Notes: a model not told the origin generated them from the letters alone. Shown: positions 47,289 to 56,676, numbered from the stretch's first letter. The stretch is 64,000 nucleotides of DNA from a virus (IMGVR_UViG_3300029288_000148:1-64000), one strand, 5' to 3'. Numbers and translations: made by a program.

Positions 47289-49541
47289 TTAATGAATCCT
47301 TGCGTACATGGGATATTTCCTTTTTTTGACAAACTTATCAAGTGAATATTCCTCATTATCAAGTTTGGCTATCTCGTCATAGATGCCATGGGTGCCAAGA
47401 AGCGCATAACCTCCGGCTGTAAATAAGTCCCAATTGGTCATATCCTCTGGTCCCTCAATATCTCTGCACTCCTCGAGTACCTCGGAATGCTTCTCTATGT
47501 CGGCCTCATTTTCGATCCATGTCATATACTCCGTGAAAATATCCTGCTTGATCTTTTCTCCGGTCTGCCCTCCTGGTGTCTTGCCAAACTCAAAGGTTTT
47601 TGGATCCACTTTGTAAAGCAAGTATCCGCTATATCCACGACTGTCAAAATAGTCCCAAAGGAATGGCACGTTTATTTCCGGGAACATCTGCACCCCGTAA
47701 TAAACGCACATCATCAGCATATCTTCGCCATAAAGGTTTTTGTCAAAGGTTCTGTTTGAATAAGTACAGGCAAAGGATCTTTTCATAGAAAAATCGCCAT
47801 CTTTTATCTGGCCCTTCTTAATGACTGCGCCACCACCATTGGATTTTCTATTTTGTTCTGTCTTGTTAAACTTAAATGGGTCTCCTCCGGCCACTCCCCA
47901 TTGCATGTTCCCAGGCTTCCAGCACTCTTCCTCGTCACTCCACCATTTCCTGTTTGATTCGCCCTCATTTAGCTGGTGACTAACAATAAACTTGCCATTT
48001 GTTTTCGGTACAAAGACTACTTTTGTGTCTTTTTCGTTGTTCTTCCAGACAAAATCTCCCCTTACAGTAAGTCCCTTGGCAAAAGACAACTCATCAATGT
48101 ATGATTCAAGTTTGTGCATGTTAAACCCGGAAGATTTTGCTGCTGTCCTGAAACATTCCGCAAACCGTAATGGGTAAAGTCTTATTTCTTCTGATAAACC
48201 CTCCTGATCCCCGGCATCGATATACCCTTTGCGCCGGTTCATAAGGTATTCTCTCGCCCCAATCCTTCTTCCAATAAACTCTGCCTGCTGTTTTGTAGGA
48301 TTGTGAATAATACTCATGCCATACTCGTCAATAAACCCCTGTAATCCATCATCTGCTGGCATAAATAATACTGCAAGCCCTGATCGTGTCTGTCCATTGG
48401 GTGTTCTTTCATAATAATTACTCATCTGGCACTGATGCTTGAATATCCGACCACCCCCACGCTCCATCTCGCCGACTGTTGAGGTTTTTATGGTAAAACC
48501 AATGATCTCCGATCCCATTACAAGGCACTCTTTGACAACCGTGTGCCGGTCCCAGCACGAAAGACCTTTTTTCAGCTTTCCAACCTCATCGTCATGATGA
48601 AAATAAAGCTTATCCCCGTCATACGCTGACGGATCGGCCATCTCGAAGTTTATTCCTGATTCAAGACCAAGCTCTGACATTGATAATGATCCCCGGGAGG
48701 ATAGTCTTTTTGCCGGTGGTGCAAAGGAAAGCTCTGCTTTTGGAGAAGTAGATCCTTCATAGTTCGGTTTAAAGAAGAATGGCAGTTTCTTCCATGGGCC
48801 TACAAGGTGCCTTAGAAAGCATTTGCGGGCCTGAACATCGTTCATGGACTGAATACCTCCCCACGCACCAAGCGTTCGGCTTATAATCTCGTAGTTAATA
48901 CATTCAGCCTTATATGTCGCTCCTTCACGTCTGTGTTTAGGGTAGTTGAAACCATAAAAGAGCCTTTTGCCAAATTCTATCCATTCATAGTCGCCGTATT
49001 TGTTTTTTACAGCAAACCCCTTTGCATTACACTCAGGGGCTTTTGTCTCAGTGAATATTTTCCGGGCAAATAAGAAGAACCTTCGGTCCCGGTCCCTGTA
49101 TTTTGGCAGTCCAACATCAATATTCCACCATCCGCAATAGAAATAATGCCATCCATCAATGTATGTAGGCTTGCCATTATTGAAAAACCAGTATCCATTT
49201 AGCCTGTGGTACCATGCTTTCTCAATAAACTCGATCTCTTTGTCATAAATGTCCTTATTATTCTCAAGCTCCTCCCAAATCTCATCAAGGGTTTCAAATT
49301 TTGACTGTAATTCCTTTAGTCTTTTCGGTATTTTGGGCGGTTGCCACTTCTGTTGCTCTGCCGGTACGCCAAATCCATCGATCAAATGATATTCCGGTGG
49401 CGCGGGAAGGTCTATTCGTATTGGAGTAAGGTCTTTATCGTCCGTGTTTACCCATAAATACCTGTCGGCCTCGTCATACTCCCCAAGTATCCGAGGGTCA
49501 ACTTCCTTTCCATAGCGTTTTATGAGATATAATGGATTCAT
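47289..49541 (-). CDS. terminase large subunit (crAss-like)
   Basis: KHRREGATY Walker A variant, YDGDKLYFHHDDEVGK Walker B, STVGEM, nuclease AGGDPF, NWDL. Confidence 0.9.
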   Translation of the reverse strand: MNPLYLIKRYGKEVDPRILGEYDEADRYLWVNTDDKDLTPIRIDLPAPPEYHLIDGFGVPAEQQKWQPPKIPKRLKELQSKFETLDEIWEELENNKDIYDKEIEFIEKAWYHRLNGYWFFNNGKPTYIDGWHYFYCGWWNIDVGLPKYRDRDRRFFLFARKIFTETKAPECNAKGFAVKNKYGDYEWIEFGKRLFYGFNYPKHRREGATYKAECINYEIISRTLGAWGGIQSMNDVQARKCFLRHLVGPWKKLPFFFKPNYEGSTSPKAELSFAPPAKRLSSRGSLSMSELGLESGINFEMADPSAYDGDKLYFHHDDEVGKLKKGLSCWDRHTVVKECLVMGSEIIGFTIKTSTVGEMERGGGRIFKHQCQMSNYYERTPNGQTRSGLAVLFMPADDGLQGFIDEYGMSIIHNPTKQQAEFIGRRIGAREYLMNRRKGYIDAGDQEGLSEEIRLYPLRFAECFRTAAKSSGFNMHKLESYIDELSFAKGLTVRGDFVWKNNEKDTKVVFVPKTNGKFIVSHQLNEGESNRKWWSDEEECWKPGNMQWGVAGGDPFKFNKTEQNRKSNGGGAVIKKGQIKDGDFSMKRSFACTYSNRTFDKNLYGEDMLMMCVYYGVQMFPEINVPFLWDYFDSRGYSGYLLYKVDPKTFEFGKTPGGQTGEKIKQDIFTEYMTWIENEADIEKHSEVLEECRDIEGPEDMTNWDLFTAGGYALLGTHGIYDEIAKLDNEEYSLDKFVKKRKYPMYARIH

Positions 49542-49547
49542 TTATAG

Positions 49548-50135
49548 TCAATTGTGTATAAATAGCGGGCGCTTTATGCTTCTTATTCTCAAATTTGATT
49601 TTCTGCAATATTCTGAACATTTTACCGCATAGATACCATCGGCCTCTACCTTTACGCTGTCAAATCCCACCTTCTTCGCCACATCAACCCGGACAATAAA
49701 CGACCCCATATCTATCTGTCCAACTTTGATATGAGTTTGGAGAACATCATAGTTAATGTAATTGTGCACAGTGTCACAATAAACCATACCTACCTGAGTT
49801 TTTGCCGCATTAAACATATACTCTACAAATTTAGGCACATAATAATTGTCATCATTGGTAATAAGCACAAAATCTTTATGGTTGAAAGCCAGTTTCGATA
49901 ATCCATAATTCCGGTTTGGATGTCCGTATTGCCCGAGTCTCTTTGGTGTTTCTTCAAACTTTATTCGCGGGTCACAATAACTGCTAATGATTTTCTTGAT
50001 CTTGTCTGATGCTGGTCCATCGTGAATAATATGCAACTCCCAATTAGGGTTTGTTTGAGTTAGCAAACAATCGATCATTATTCGGAGCGGTATTGCCCGC
50101 TCAAAGGCTACACAAATAATGTAAAGTTTCATCAT
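49548..50135 (-). CDS. GT2-family glycosyltransferase
   Basis: IICVAFER..LLTQTNPNWELHIIHDG; LITNDDNYY; start moved to MMKLY. Confidence 0.8.
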   Translation of the reverse strand: MMKLYIICVAFERAIPLRIMIDCLLTQTNPNWELHIIHDGPASDKIKKIISSYCDPRIKFEETPKRLGQYGHPNRNYGLSKLAFNHKDFVLITNDDNYYVPKFVEYMFNAAKTQVGMVYCDTVHNYINYDVLQTHIKVGQIDMGSFIVRVDVAKKVGFDSVKVEADGIYAVKCSEYCRKSNLRIRSIKRPLFIHN

Positions 50136-50863
50136 TTTGTCATTATTTTCTGAATATACTTCCAGTATTGGGTGTCTGGAATATAAACACATTCTTTTTT
50201 ATCCCAAATCCAATTTCTTTTCTCCCAATCAAGATAATGACCACCCCAGACCTTGTGCATGCCATTTTCCCAAGCCTTTCTTCTTCTTTTTAACTTCTCA
50301 ATGCTTTGCTCTTTTGGCTTACATGCTCCATAATTGACAATTACCCCATTAACCATTTTTGGTCTTTGCTCTGGCAGGGATATTGCATCAGCTCCAATTT
50401 TAAAATCCGGGTGATATTTTGCAACCATATACCTTACTTTTGCCTGGGGTATTCCGTAAAAGAAATGGTCTTGCATAGGAAGTGCAAACTTTTCTCCTGT
50501 ATTAACCACTTCAAGAACCTTTAGGAGTAAATAATTATAATTCTGTTTATCGGCATGCCAGATCATCTCCTTTATGGGCTCATCAAAAATAAAATACATA
50601 TCTGCAGCAGTATAAATAAACCAATCTGGCTTAACTTTGTGTATCTCCTGAATGAGTGCTTTTTGAAGCATGGGCAACTCAAACATACCATTTGTATCAA
50701 ACCGAACAACCCTCATTTGTTGCTTTAACAAATACTCATAAGTTCCATCAGTTGACATATTATCTACAAAAACGAAGTCACATCCCTGAGATCGATAATA
50801 TTCAATAAATTCCGGAAGATATGGTCTTTCATTATATACAAATAGGCATGCAAATATTTTCAT
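50132..50863 (-). CDS. GT2-like (Glyco_tranf_2_4) glycosyltransferase
   Basis: VYNERPYLPEFIEYY..VDNMSTDGT; DWFIYTAAD. Confidence 0.75.
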   Translation of the reverse strand: MKIFACLFVYNERPYLPEFIEYYRSQGCDFVFVDNMSTDGTYEYLLKQQMRVVRFDTNGMFELPMLQKALIQEIHKVKPDWFIYTAADMYFIFDEPIKEMIWHADKQNYNYLLLKVLEVVNTGEKFALPMQDHFFYGIPQAKVRYMVAKYHPDFKIGADAISLPEQRPKMVNGVIVNYGACKPKEQSIEKLKRRRKAWENGMHKVWGGHYLDWEKRNWIWDKKECVYIPDTQYWKYIQKIMTK

Positions 50864-51588
50864 AAAGTCATCATTTTTTGTTTAATATAGTCGGGTAGTC
50901 CTGTTTCGGCTAATTTTTTATCTGTGTTTTTGAATGGAGGTTTTATAGTCTTGTAATATTCGATGCGCCCTTTTGAGATTTGATTATAACCATCTGTCTC
51001 AATGGCATCTTCAAATAAAATATCCAAATGTTTTATTATTGCTTTTGGTTTTTGAGACAGGATAACGCTCATCAAATGATTATCGATAAAACGCTCAAGA
51101 TTGCTTTCCGGGATCTTCCTGGCAAACTCAGACTTAAAAGCCATAGAAAGGTTTGTTCTTTGTTTTGCGTCATATAAAATCATTTTTTTTAATGCAAAAC
51201 TATAAAAGTAACCCTTGCATATATCTACCCAATCAGCTCCTTGTATTATGGCATTATGGTTGGTTGATAGTCTTTTTGATGAGGGATAAACATCTGCTGC
51301 TTGAAGTAAAAATGAAATACTATGACTATCTATTGCCCTGCCCATAATATGCCATTTTTGCGATAATGGCACCCAATCCTCCAATCCTATGTAAGTTATT
51401 TTTCTGCACCTTGGCAATCGGTCAAAATAATCATAAAAAAACTTTGGTCCTAATTGGTTTTTATGCCGCTCCTCACAAATAATTAATTCCCACTCATGGT
51501 GCACTACCTGGTTGCATAATCCCTCCATTGGAAGCCACGCAATTTCTTTTGCGTTATATACCGGCATTGCTACTGACTGGACAATCAT
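50860..51588 (-). CDS. GT2-like glycosyltransferase
   Basis: SVAMPVYNA..WELIICEE; LQAADVY. Confidence 0.65.
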   Translation of the reverse strand: MIVQSVAMPVYNAKEIAWLPMEGLCNQVVHHEWELIICEERHKNQLGPKFFYDYFDRLPRCRKITYIGLEDWVPLSQKWHIMGRAIDSHSISFLLQAADVYPSSKRLSTNHNAIIQGADWVDICKGYFYSFALKKMILYDAKQRTNLSMAFKSEFARKIPESNLERFIDNHLMSVILSQKPKAIIKHLDILFEDAIETDGYNQISKGRIEYYKTIKPPFKNTDKKLAETGLPDYIKQKMMTL

Positions 51589-52319
51589 ACTTTTGAATAA
51601 AGATATTTTGCATAAAATTCATGAACCTTTCTTTCTACTTCCGTCCCCGTTAGCCCCAACACCAGTCCGCCCCCAATAATATTGTTTACATCAATAACAA
51701 AAGGGTTTCCGTCATAAACCATAAGATCCAGTCCGGCAAAATCAACACCAAACTTATTACACCTGCTAACAAGGTCCCTTTCCTGCTCAAGTGTAAAAAG
51801 GCTTCTTTTGTCAACAATCTCATGCTTTACATATTGCGATGCGAAAGGAGTTGTTTTAAACTGCTTTACAAGAAGTCCGGCTCCTTCGGCATAGTAATAG
51901 CGATAGCTGTAATATAAATCCTTGTCTTTGTTTTCAATAAATACCTGATAAATAAATCCCTCTTTTTTGGGTGCAGGACATGTTATTATTTTATGCAAAT
52001 CATGACGAGATTGATAAATAGACTTTTCCACACAAACGCCCTTGTGTAACCTGGGATCTATGGTTAAGTCTCCAAATATCTCATTTACTCTTTCTTTGCC
52101 AATATCCCAACACCCACGATTAATAACATTTTTATCTGTAAGAGTAAAATTATCCGGAATAATATCTTTTTTTGTATAGCTCCAAAAAATATGAAGATCA
52201 TATTTTTCTTTTGAGTTATTTGTAAATTTTATGCCATACTCATTACAGATTTGAAATACCCTGCATTTAGGTAAAAGAGGGTCTGGATAAAATAAAATTT
52301 TTAATTCTTTGTTTTTCAT
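51585..52319 (-). CDS. ATP-grasp-like protein
   Basis: CVEKS, IYQVFI, FGVDFAGLDLM..GNPFVIDVN. Confidence 0.6.
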   Translation of the reverse strand: MKNKELKILFYPDPLLPKCRVFQICNEYGIKFTNNSKEKYDLHIFWSYTKKDIIPDNFTLTDKNVINRGCWDIGKERVNEIFGDLTIDPRLHKGVCVEKSIYQSRHDLHKIITCPAPKKEGFIYQVFIENKDKDLYYSYRYYYAEGAGLLVKQFKTTPFASQYVKHEIVDKRSLFTLEQERDLVSRCNKFGVDFAGLDLMVYDGNPFVIDVNNIIGGGLVLGLTGTEVERKVHEFYAKYLYSKV

Positions 52320-52942
52320 CTGCCTTGCATTTTAAAAACATCCCTCCCTGGCTCCTTAAACTCCCCTTTAAAAATATGCTTGTCCTTGTTCATACATATC
52401 CATTGTTCCGCATGGTATCTCCATGCCTGATCAAGTGTTGAGATTTTTGGAAGGCCGTTTACATACTCTCTGTTGAACCAAAAGAAGTTTCCGGAATAAT
52501 GGTCCGGGTTGTGCATAGGATTCACCCCTGATGCTCCATAACCCTTCTCTGCCACATTCTGATAATGTTCTAACCATCGATTTAGAATTGCCTCATTGAG
52601 CCATTCTCTCCAAACATTAATAACCGTATCGGCAGGTTTTGTCACTGCTTTGGTATGAAAATAAAACCCCACATATTCTGAATTGTCGTTTTCGATCAAT
52701 TGAATTGTGGGAAACTCGTATTTGGAAATGTCGTGGGAATAATACCTGATCTTTAATTTTGAATAAACATTCACAACATGCTTCTCGAGCAAAAACTTTT
52801 CCTCTGCTTTACCAAGGCACCCGATGTTTATTTCCTCACAGCGATCATATAAACCGGAGTTTATCATTATCCTCAACTGCCCCATGAGTATTGAGTACCA
52901 GTGGTTGATCAAAAGGCAATGATAAAATCCGACTACTCTCAT
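52316..52942 (-). CDS. putative glycosyltransferase (viral YFHTK type)
   Basis: KYEFPTI..YFHTKAV..HYSGNFFW..RY.AEQWI motifs seen in viral glycan genes. Confidence 0.55.
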   Translation of the reverse strand: MRVVGFYHCLLINHWYSILMGQLRIMINSGLYDRCEEINIGCLGKAEEKFLLEKHVVNVYSKLKIRYYSHDISKYEFPTIQLIENDNSEYVGFYFHTKAVTKPADTVINVWREWLNEAILNRWLEHYQNVAEKGYGASGVNPMHNPDHYSGNFFWFNREYVNGLPKISTLDQAWRYHAEQWICMNKDKHIFKGEFKEPGRDVFKMQGR

Positions 52943-53577
52943 AAGCTCTTTATTGAAATTGGCGCCTCTCCGTCCTGCAACTTCTTTGCAATATCCTCCG
53001 GGCGCAACTGTAACCTTTCGTTCTCCATGTAGCGAAGTATCTCATCTTTAAGTAAAGAATTTGTATCCTGGTTTAAGAGTTCTATCAGGTTGTCTTCCAG
53101 TTCATCCTTTAATTCCCTGGCTTTTGTTATGTTCTTTGTGTCGCCGCCAAGGATCTCGAGCATTAGGTTGTAATAGGCTGCCTCTACGGTTATTTGGTAC
53201 GAAAATTTGTATGAGCGGTGTAGCCTTACAAACTCAACAATTTTCATATTCACAACCCTGTTTCGGCCTTTTAAAAAATCTTCCACTGGATCTGTGAACA
53301 CTCCACCACCTATATCTTCAAAACCTACATCATGTGCTGCTTCGACTTTCCTTTTGAGAATATCAGTGAATTTTTTCCGATAAGGAGATTGTTTGTCGTA
53401 AACACAGAATATCCATTTAAGGAGTTTGTTGTTTGCAATCCCTTCGCCTGGATCGAGTTTAAAAGCCCTGATCTTTCCAAGGTCTTTATAAACCTTCAAA
53501 ATATTTTCTCCATCCGGGACCCGTATTGGGTTGAATAGCATTGACTGAAACTCCTTATCTGAAAATTGAGTTTTCAT
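52939..53577 (-). CDS. conserved phage protein, possible terminase small subunit
   Basis: WIFCVYDKQSPY..RK motif; upstream of terL if the GT block is treated as an insertion. Confidence 0.35.
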   Translation of the reverse strand: MKTQFSDKEFQSMLFNPIRVPDGENILKVYKDLGKIRAFKLDPGEGIANNKLLKWIFCVYDKQSPYRKKFTDILKRKVEAAHDVGFEDIGGGVFTDPVEDFLKGRNRVVNMKIVEFVRLHRSYKFSYQITVEAAYYNLMLEILGGDTKNITKARELKDELEDNLIELLNQDTNSLLKDEILRYMENERLQLRPEDIAKKLQDGEAPISIKSL

Positions 53578-53882
53578 CCTCTTTCGTCATTCTGTATTTC
53601 CCGAAACAATTCTTCTTCCTTTTCCGATAATCCCTCTGGGGGATCGTATTCTTTCTTTAGTCGCTCATAACATTTCTCCTCCCAGCCCGGGTGAATATCT
53701 TCTTCTTCGTAAAGATAATATTCAAGCTCAAATTTTCTACCACATCCCGGACAGCCTGTTTTATTAAGCGTTTGTAGTTCGTCTTTTGTCCATGCACTTC
53801 CACATGAGGGACAGCTAAATTCATAAGGTTTCAATTTCATGATTTTAATACTGCTAAAATGTTTTTGCGCTGTATTCTCCAA
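53574..53882 (-). CDS. Zn-ribbon hypothetical protein
   Basis: CPSC..CPGC; likely start at MKLKPY. Confidence 0.55.
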   Translation of the reverse strand: MENTAQKHFSSIKIMKLKPYEFSCPSCGSAWTKDELQTLNKTGCPGCGRKFELEYYLYEEEDIHPGWEEKCYERLKKEYDPPEGLSEKEEELFREIQNDERG

Positions 53883-54544
53883 AACTTTTTGCCGCCATCG
53901 GCCTTTTGATGGAGTTCATATTCGAGCGGAATATCGGTAATTCTTCTTGTAACAACAATATCCCCTATCTCTACGTTCACTCCCCTGTCAGAATACTTAT
54001 CGACATATTCCTCAACCGGTTTTCCGATATGACGTACAATGCCATAATTGACATCAGTATTTGAAAAACTTTTTAGTTTTACTGGTTCAAGACCCGCTTT
54101 CCCAAGTTTCTCTTTTAATGCCAGCCAATCCGGATCCTCTGATGGTTCTACCAAAAGATAGCCGTTAATAGGAAATAATTTCCCATCCCGTATTGCTGCA
54201 AAAATGTACTGGTATTTGATAAAGATATACCGTGCATTTCCCTCAACAATAGCATTGAATGTTTCTTTTCGGAAAGCATTGGCTACGGCAAGATAATAGA
54301 TAAACACTTTATCGCCTATCTTTAATTCCATATCTGTTTTCCAAGGCATCCCGATATTTGGCTTCCCTGAATAATGAAGTTTTGATGGCAGTGCCATGAC
54401 TTCCCCGATGATGGTCACATGCTTTTCTACCTCGTAGGTCGTGTCTATGTAAAGCTCCAATCCGCTTTTCAGACGCACAGAGTTGTTCTCTGGGTCAAGC
54501 TTTATTAGTACGTTGTTGCCGTGGGTTTTGCCTTCTGTTTTCAT
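53837..54544 (-). CDS. tandem two-domain GroES-like co-chaperonin
   Basis: GNNVLIK..LKSGLEL..GEV..LKIGDKV, then INGYLLVEP..GIVRHIG..VEIGDIV..NILAVL. Confidence 0.75.
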   Translation of the reverse strand: MKTEGKTHGNNVLIKLDPENNSVRLKSGLELYIDTTYEVEKHVTIIGEVMALPSKLHYSGKPNIGMPWKTDMELKIGDKVFIYYLAVANAFRKETFNAIVEGNARYIFIKYQYIFAAIRDGKLFPINGYLLVEPSEDPDWLALKEKLGKAGLEPVKLKSFSNTDVNYGIVRHIGKPVEEYVDKYSDRGVNVEIGDIVVTRRITDIPLEYELHQKADGGKKFWRIQRKNILAVLKS

Positions 54545-54839
54545 AGTCTTTATTCCAAATCGCTACTACCTTACCGTTAATATCTTGAAAAATAACCTGC
54601 TTTTTCTTTTGTAATGTCTCAAACCGTTTACTCATTGCCCGCTTATCTTTCCGGGACAGAGCATTAAACGCCTGCAGCTCCGATTTGCGAAGGCTTATTG
54701 GTTGCCCCTTATAATTGATCGTAATATACTCATCAACTACTGCTATTGCCTTAACTGGTTCGGGTTTTGATATTGGCCTCCGCAAAAGCCAATACCAAAT
54801 TGCCCGAATAACTTTTTTTAGGTAAGTTAAAATCATCAC
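54495..54839 (-). CDS. hypothetical protein
   Basis: ORF in operon orientation. Confidence 0.5.
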   Translation of the reverse strand: MMILTYLKKVIRAIWYWLLRRPISKPEPVKAIAVVDEYITINYKGQPISLRKSELQAFNALSRKDKRAMSKRFETLQKKKQVIFQDINGKVVAIWNKDYENRRQNPRQQRTNKA

Positions 54840-55213
54840 CTGCCGAAAAATGCTTTTAACTTCTTTTCCTGGGCGTGGAGCTCGTCATTAAGATCCTTCA
54901 ACTCCTTGGTGCCCTCTGCCTGGACTTTTGGATCAGAACTCCTTTTCTTTGCCCTGATAACCCTCATGCGATCCCCGATCTCCTGCAAGGTAAGTATGCC
55001 TTCAGGTTTTTTTGGTGCGGCTGCCGGCGGCGCAACAACTTCTTCTTCTTTCTGAGGAAGCGGTTCTTCTTCAAAATCTACGTCAGTAATTTCCGAATCC
55101 ATGTCCGGAGTTGGAATTTCTTCTGTCGGGGGAACTTCTTGGGAAATTTCTTCATCGATCATTTCTCTCGAAACTTCCTCAATGGTCAGCTTTTTGCTTT
55201 TTCTTTTTGCCAT
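54836..55213 (-). CDS. acidic low-complexity / coiled-coil protein
   Basis: E/P-rich linker and C-terminal helix. Confidence 0.55.
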   Translation of the reverse strand: MAKRKSKKLTIEEVSREMIDEEISQEVPPTEEIPTPDMDSEITDVDFEEEPLPQKEEEVVAPPAAAPKKPEGILTLQEIGDRMRVIRAKKRSSDPKVQAEGTKELKDLNDELHAQEKKLKAFFGR

Positions 55214-55219
55214 GACTAA

Positions 55220-55447
55220 TTAAGTTTTAAAAAAACGTGTTGTAAATTTATGAATTTTATCTGAAAGAGGATAGCCCCCCACTTTCGTGAGGGACCTCTC
55301 CTTGCCATGAAAACAAGAAAGCAGATTACCGTCGGCATCGGTATTGACACCAAAGGTACGCTTTTCTGTATTATAATATTTCTTCATCATCCTGATTGTA
55401 CTTTTTATTTTTAGCTTTTGCTTTTTCTTGGGCAGCCCATACTTCAA
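55220..55447 (-). CDS. hypothetical protein
   Basis: ORF; real start probably MMKKYY near 55390. Confidence 0.45.
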   Translation of the reverse strand: MKYGLPKKKQKLKIKSTIRMMKKYYNTEKRTFGVNTDADGNLLSCFHGKERSLTKVGGYPLSDKIHKFTTRFFKT

Positions 55448-56381
55448 AACTTGGTAATTCCAAATTTTTTATCTCTGCTCTCCTTTCTTGATCAGCCATA
55501 TCCCATTCATATAACTCCTTTGCCCTTTTCTCACCTTCTTCCCAGTCTGCTTTTGCTTCTTCCCATGTCCGATGCCTTCTTCGGAATGGCTCATCAGGGT
55601 ATTTTTCTATTTGTTCCTGATTATATAGGTTTGCTAATTCTATCCATCTCTGCATTTCGGGATCAATAGGTTCAATAGGTTTAATATTCTTATTATCCCT
55701 TTCTTCAGGATTTGGATTTGGATTTGGATTTATAGTTTCTGGTGGTATTAATTGAATTTCTGGTTCAGTTATTTTTTTCTCTTTTTCTTTTTCTTTTTCT
55801 TCTTTATTTACTTTACTTTGTGTAATTTCTGTTCCAGAAATGCCACTTTCTGTGTCTATAATATCATTTTCTGTGTCAGTAATACTATTTTCTGTATCTA
55901 TAATATTATTTTTAATATGTTTAATTTCTGGGACAGAAATACTATTTCCGGCGTCAATAATTCCATTCTTGGTATATTTATTCCGAATCCTTAAATTTAA
56001 TGAATCACATATTTCAATAAAATTTAATGGCATCCTATTCCTTTTTAGGTAAGCATATTTTATCCCTTTAATAAAATTAAGAGACCAAATAATTTTATTT
56101 TCCCATAATTCAGGATGAATAGAATCTAACTCCGCAAGTGTATTATAAATTTCCTGCAATTCACTTTCTGGAAGTTTCATATAAGCGGAAAGATATTGCC
56201 AATCCTCTTTCTTTCGGCAGTCAATAAAATGGTTGTCGCTTTTACCTAACAACTCGAGGGTTTTAAACCATACAGCATATCCTTTAAATGGATGCTTTGT
56301 TTCCAGTACAAATAAAGATTTGCCATGTTCGCATTGGTGTGGAAAATAATCCACTACATTTTTTTTAGGACGACCAGCCAT
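55371..56381 (-). CDS. DUF4373 / Lin1244-like phage replication initiator
   Basis: MAGRPKK..VDYFPH..GYAVWFKTLELLG N-terminus; central repeats; SKVNKE linker. Confidence 0.75.
   Translation of the reverse strand: MAGRPKKNVVDYFPHQCEHGKSLFVLETKHPFKGYAVWFKTLELLGKSDNHFIDCRKKEDWQYLSAYMKLPESELQEIYNTLAELDSIHPELWENKIIWSLNFIKGIKYAYLKRNRMPLNFIEICDSLNLRIRNKYTKNGIIDAGNSISVPEIKHIKNNIIDTENSITDTENDIIDTESGISGTEITQSKVNKEEKEKEKEKKITEPEIQLIPPETINPNPNPNPEERDNKNIKPIEPIDPEMQRWIELANLYNQEQIEKYPDEPFRRRHRTWEEAKADWEEGEKRAKELYEWDMADQERRAEIKNLELPSFEVWAAQEKAKAKNKKYNQDDEEIL
55826..55966. repeat. six 21-bp iteron-like repeats, putative replication origin
   Basis: Units at 55826, 55847, 55868, 55889, 55925, 55946, e.g. tttctgtgtctataatatcat; two contain TTTCTG-N3-CAGAAA; adjacent pyrimidine/AT tract ~55770-55820. 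Confidence 0.65.
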
Positions 56382-56520
56382 AACTAAAATATAAATGCCT
56401 CCGGGTTAAAAGAGAAAACCACATTGGGAACACGTGACTGAACCTTTGTGGTTTTTCTTTGCCCGGAGGCAATATTTTTAATATAAGATATGTTACTTTC
56501 ATGCGTCACGTGTTTTACCC
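56382..56520 (-). promoter_or_regulatory. structured 5' leader of the initiator gene
   Basis: ~30-bp imperfect hairpin (GCCTCCGGG..ACCACA/TGTGGT..CCCGGAGGC) whose loop GTCACGTGTT is complementary to 5' AACACGTGAC. Confidence 0.6.
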
Positions 56521-56522
56521 TG

Positions 56523-56553
56523 CAAACATAAAACTTATTTTTAATATTTCAAA
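56523..56553 (-). promoter_or_regulatory. Bacteroidetes primary-sigma promoter for the initiator
   Basis: TTTG (56553-56550) - 19 nt - TATGTTTG (56530-56523). Confidence 0.8.
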
Positions 56554-56670
56554 AAAAGATCCCTCCAATAGAAGCCAGGAACGATTGATTGAGCTACTTT
56601 TGTGAAAAAGAGTGAAGTCATCAACCCGGTGGTTTCCTGGTAATTTAAAGAACGCCAGAGGGATCATTTT
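56551..56670 (-). ncRNA. candidate structured RNA / extended terminator
   Basis: Nested stems GATCCCTC/GAGGGATC, CCAGGAA/TTCCTGG, CTTTT/AAAAG; ends in T7 on minus strand. Confidence 0.4.
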
Positions 56671-56676
56671 TAAAAC

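Noticed and set aside
47289-49541. Intein in terminase or primase-helicase
   Set aside because: Lengths are ordinary and motifs run continuously, with no intein blocks
55826-55966. CRISPR array
   Set aside because: Degenerate tandem units without spacers, inside a coding region
56551-56670. tRNA gene
   Set aside because: No T-loop TTCGA, cloverleaf or CCA pattern; no tRNA was recognised anywhere in the window
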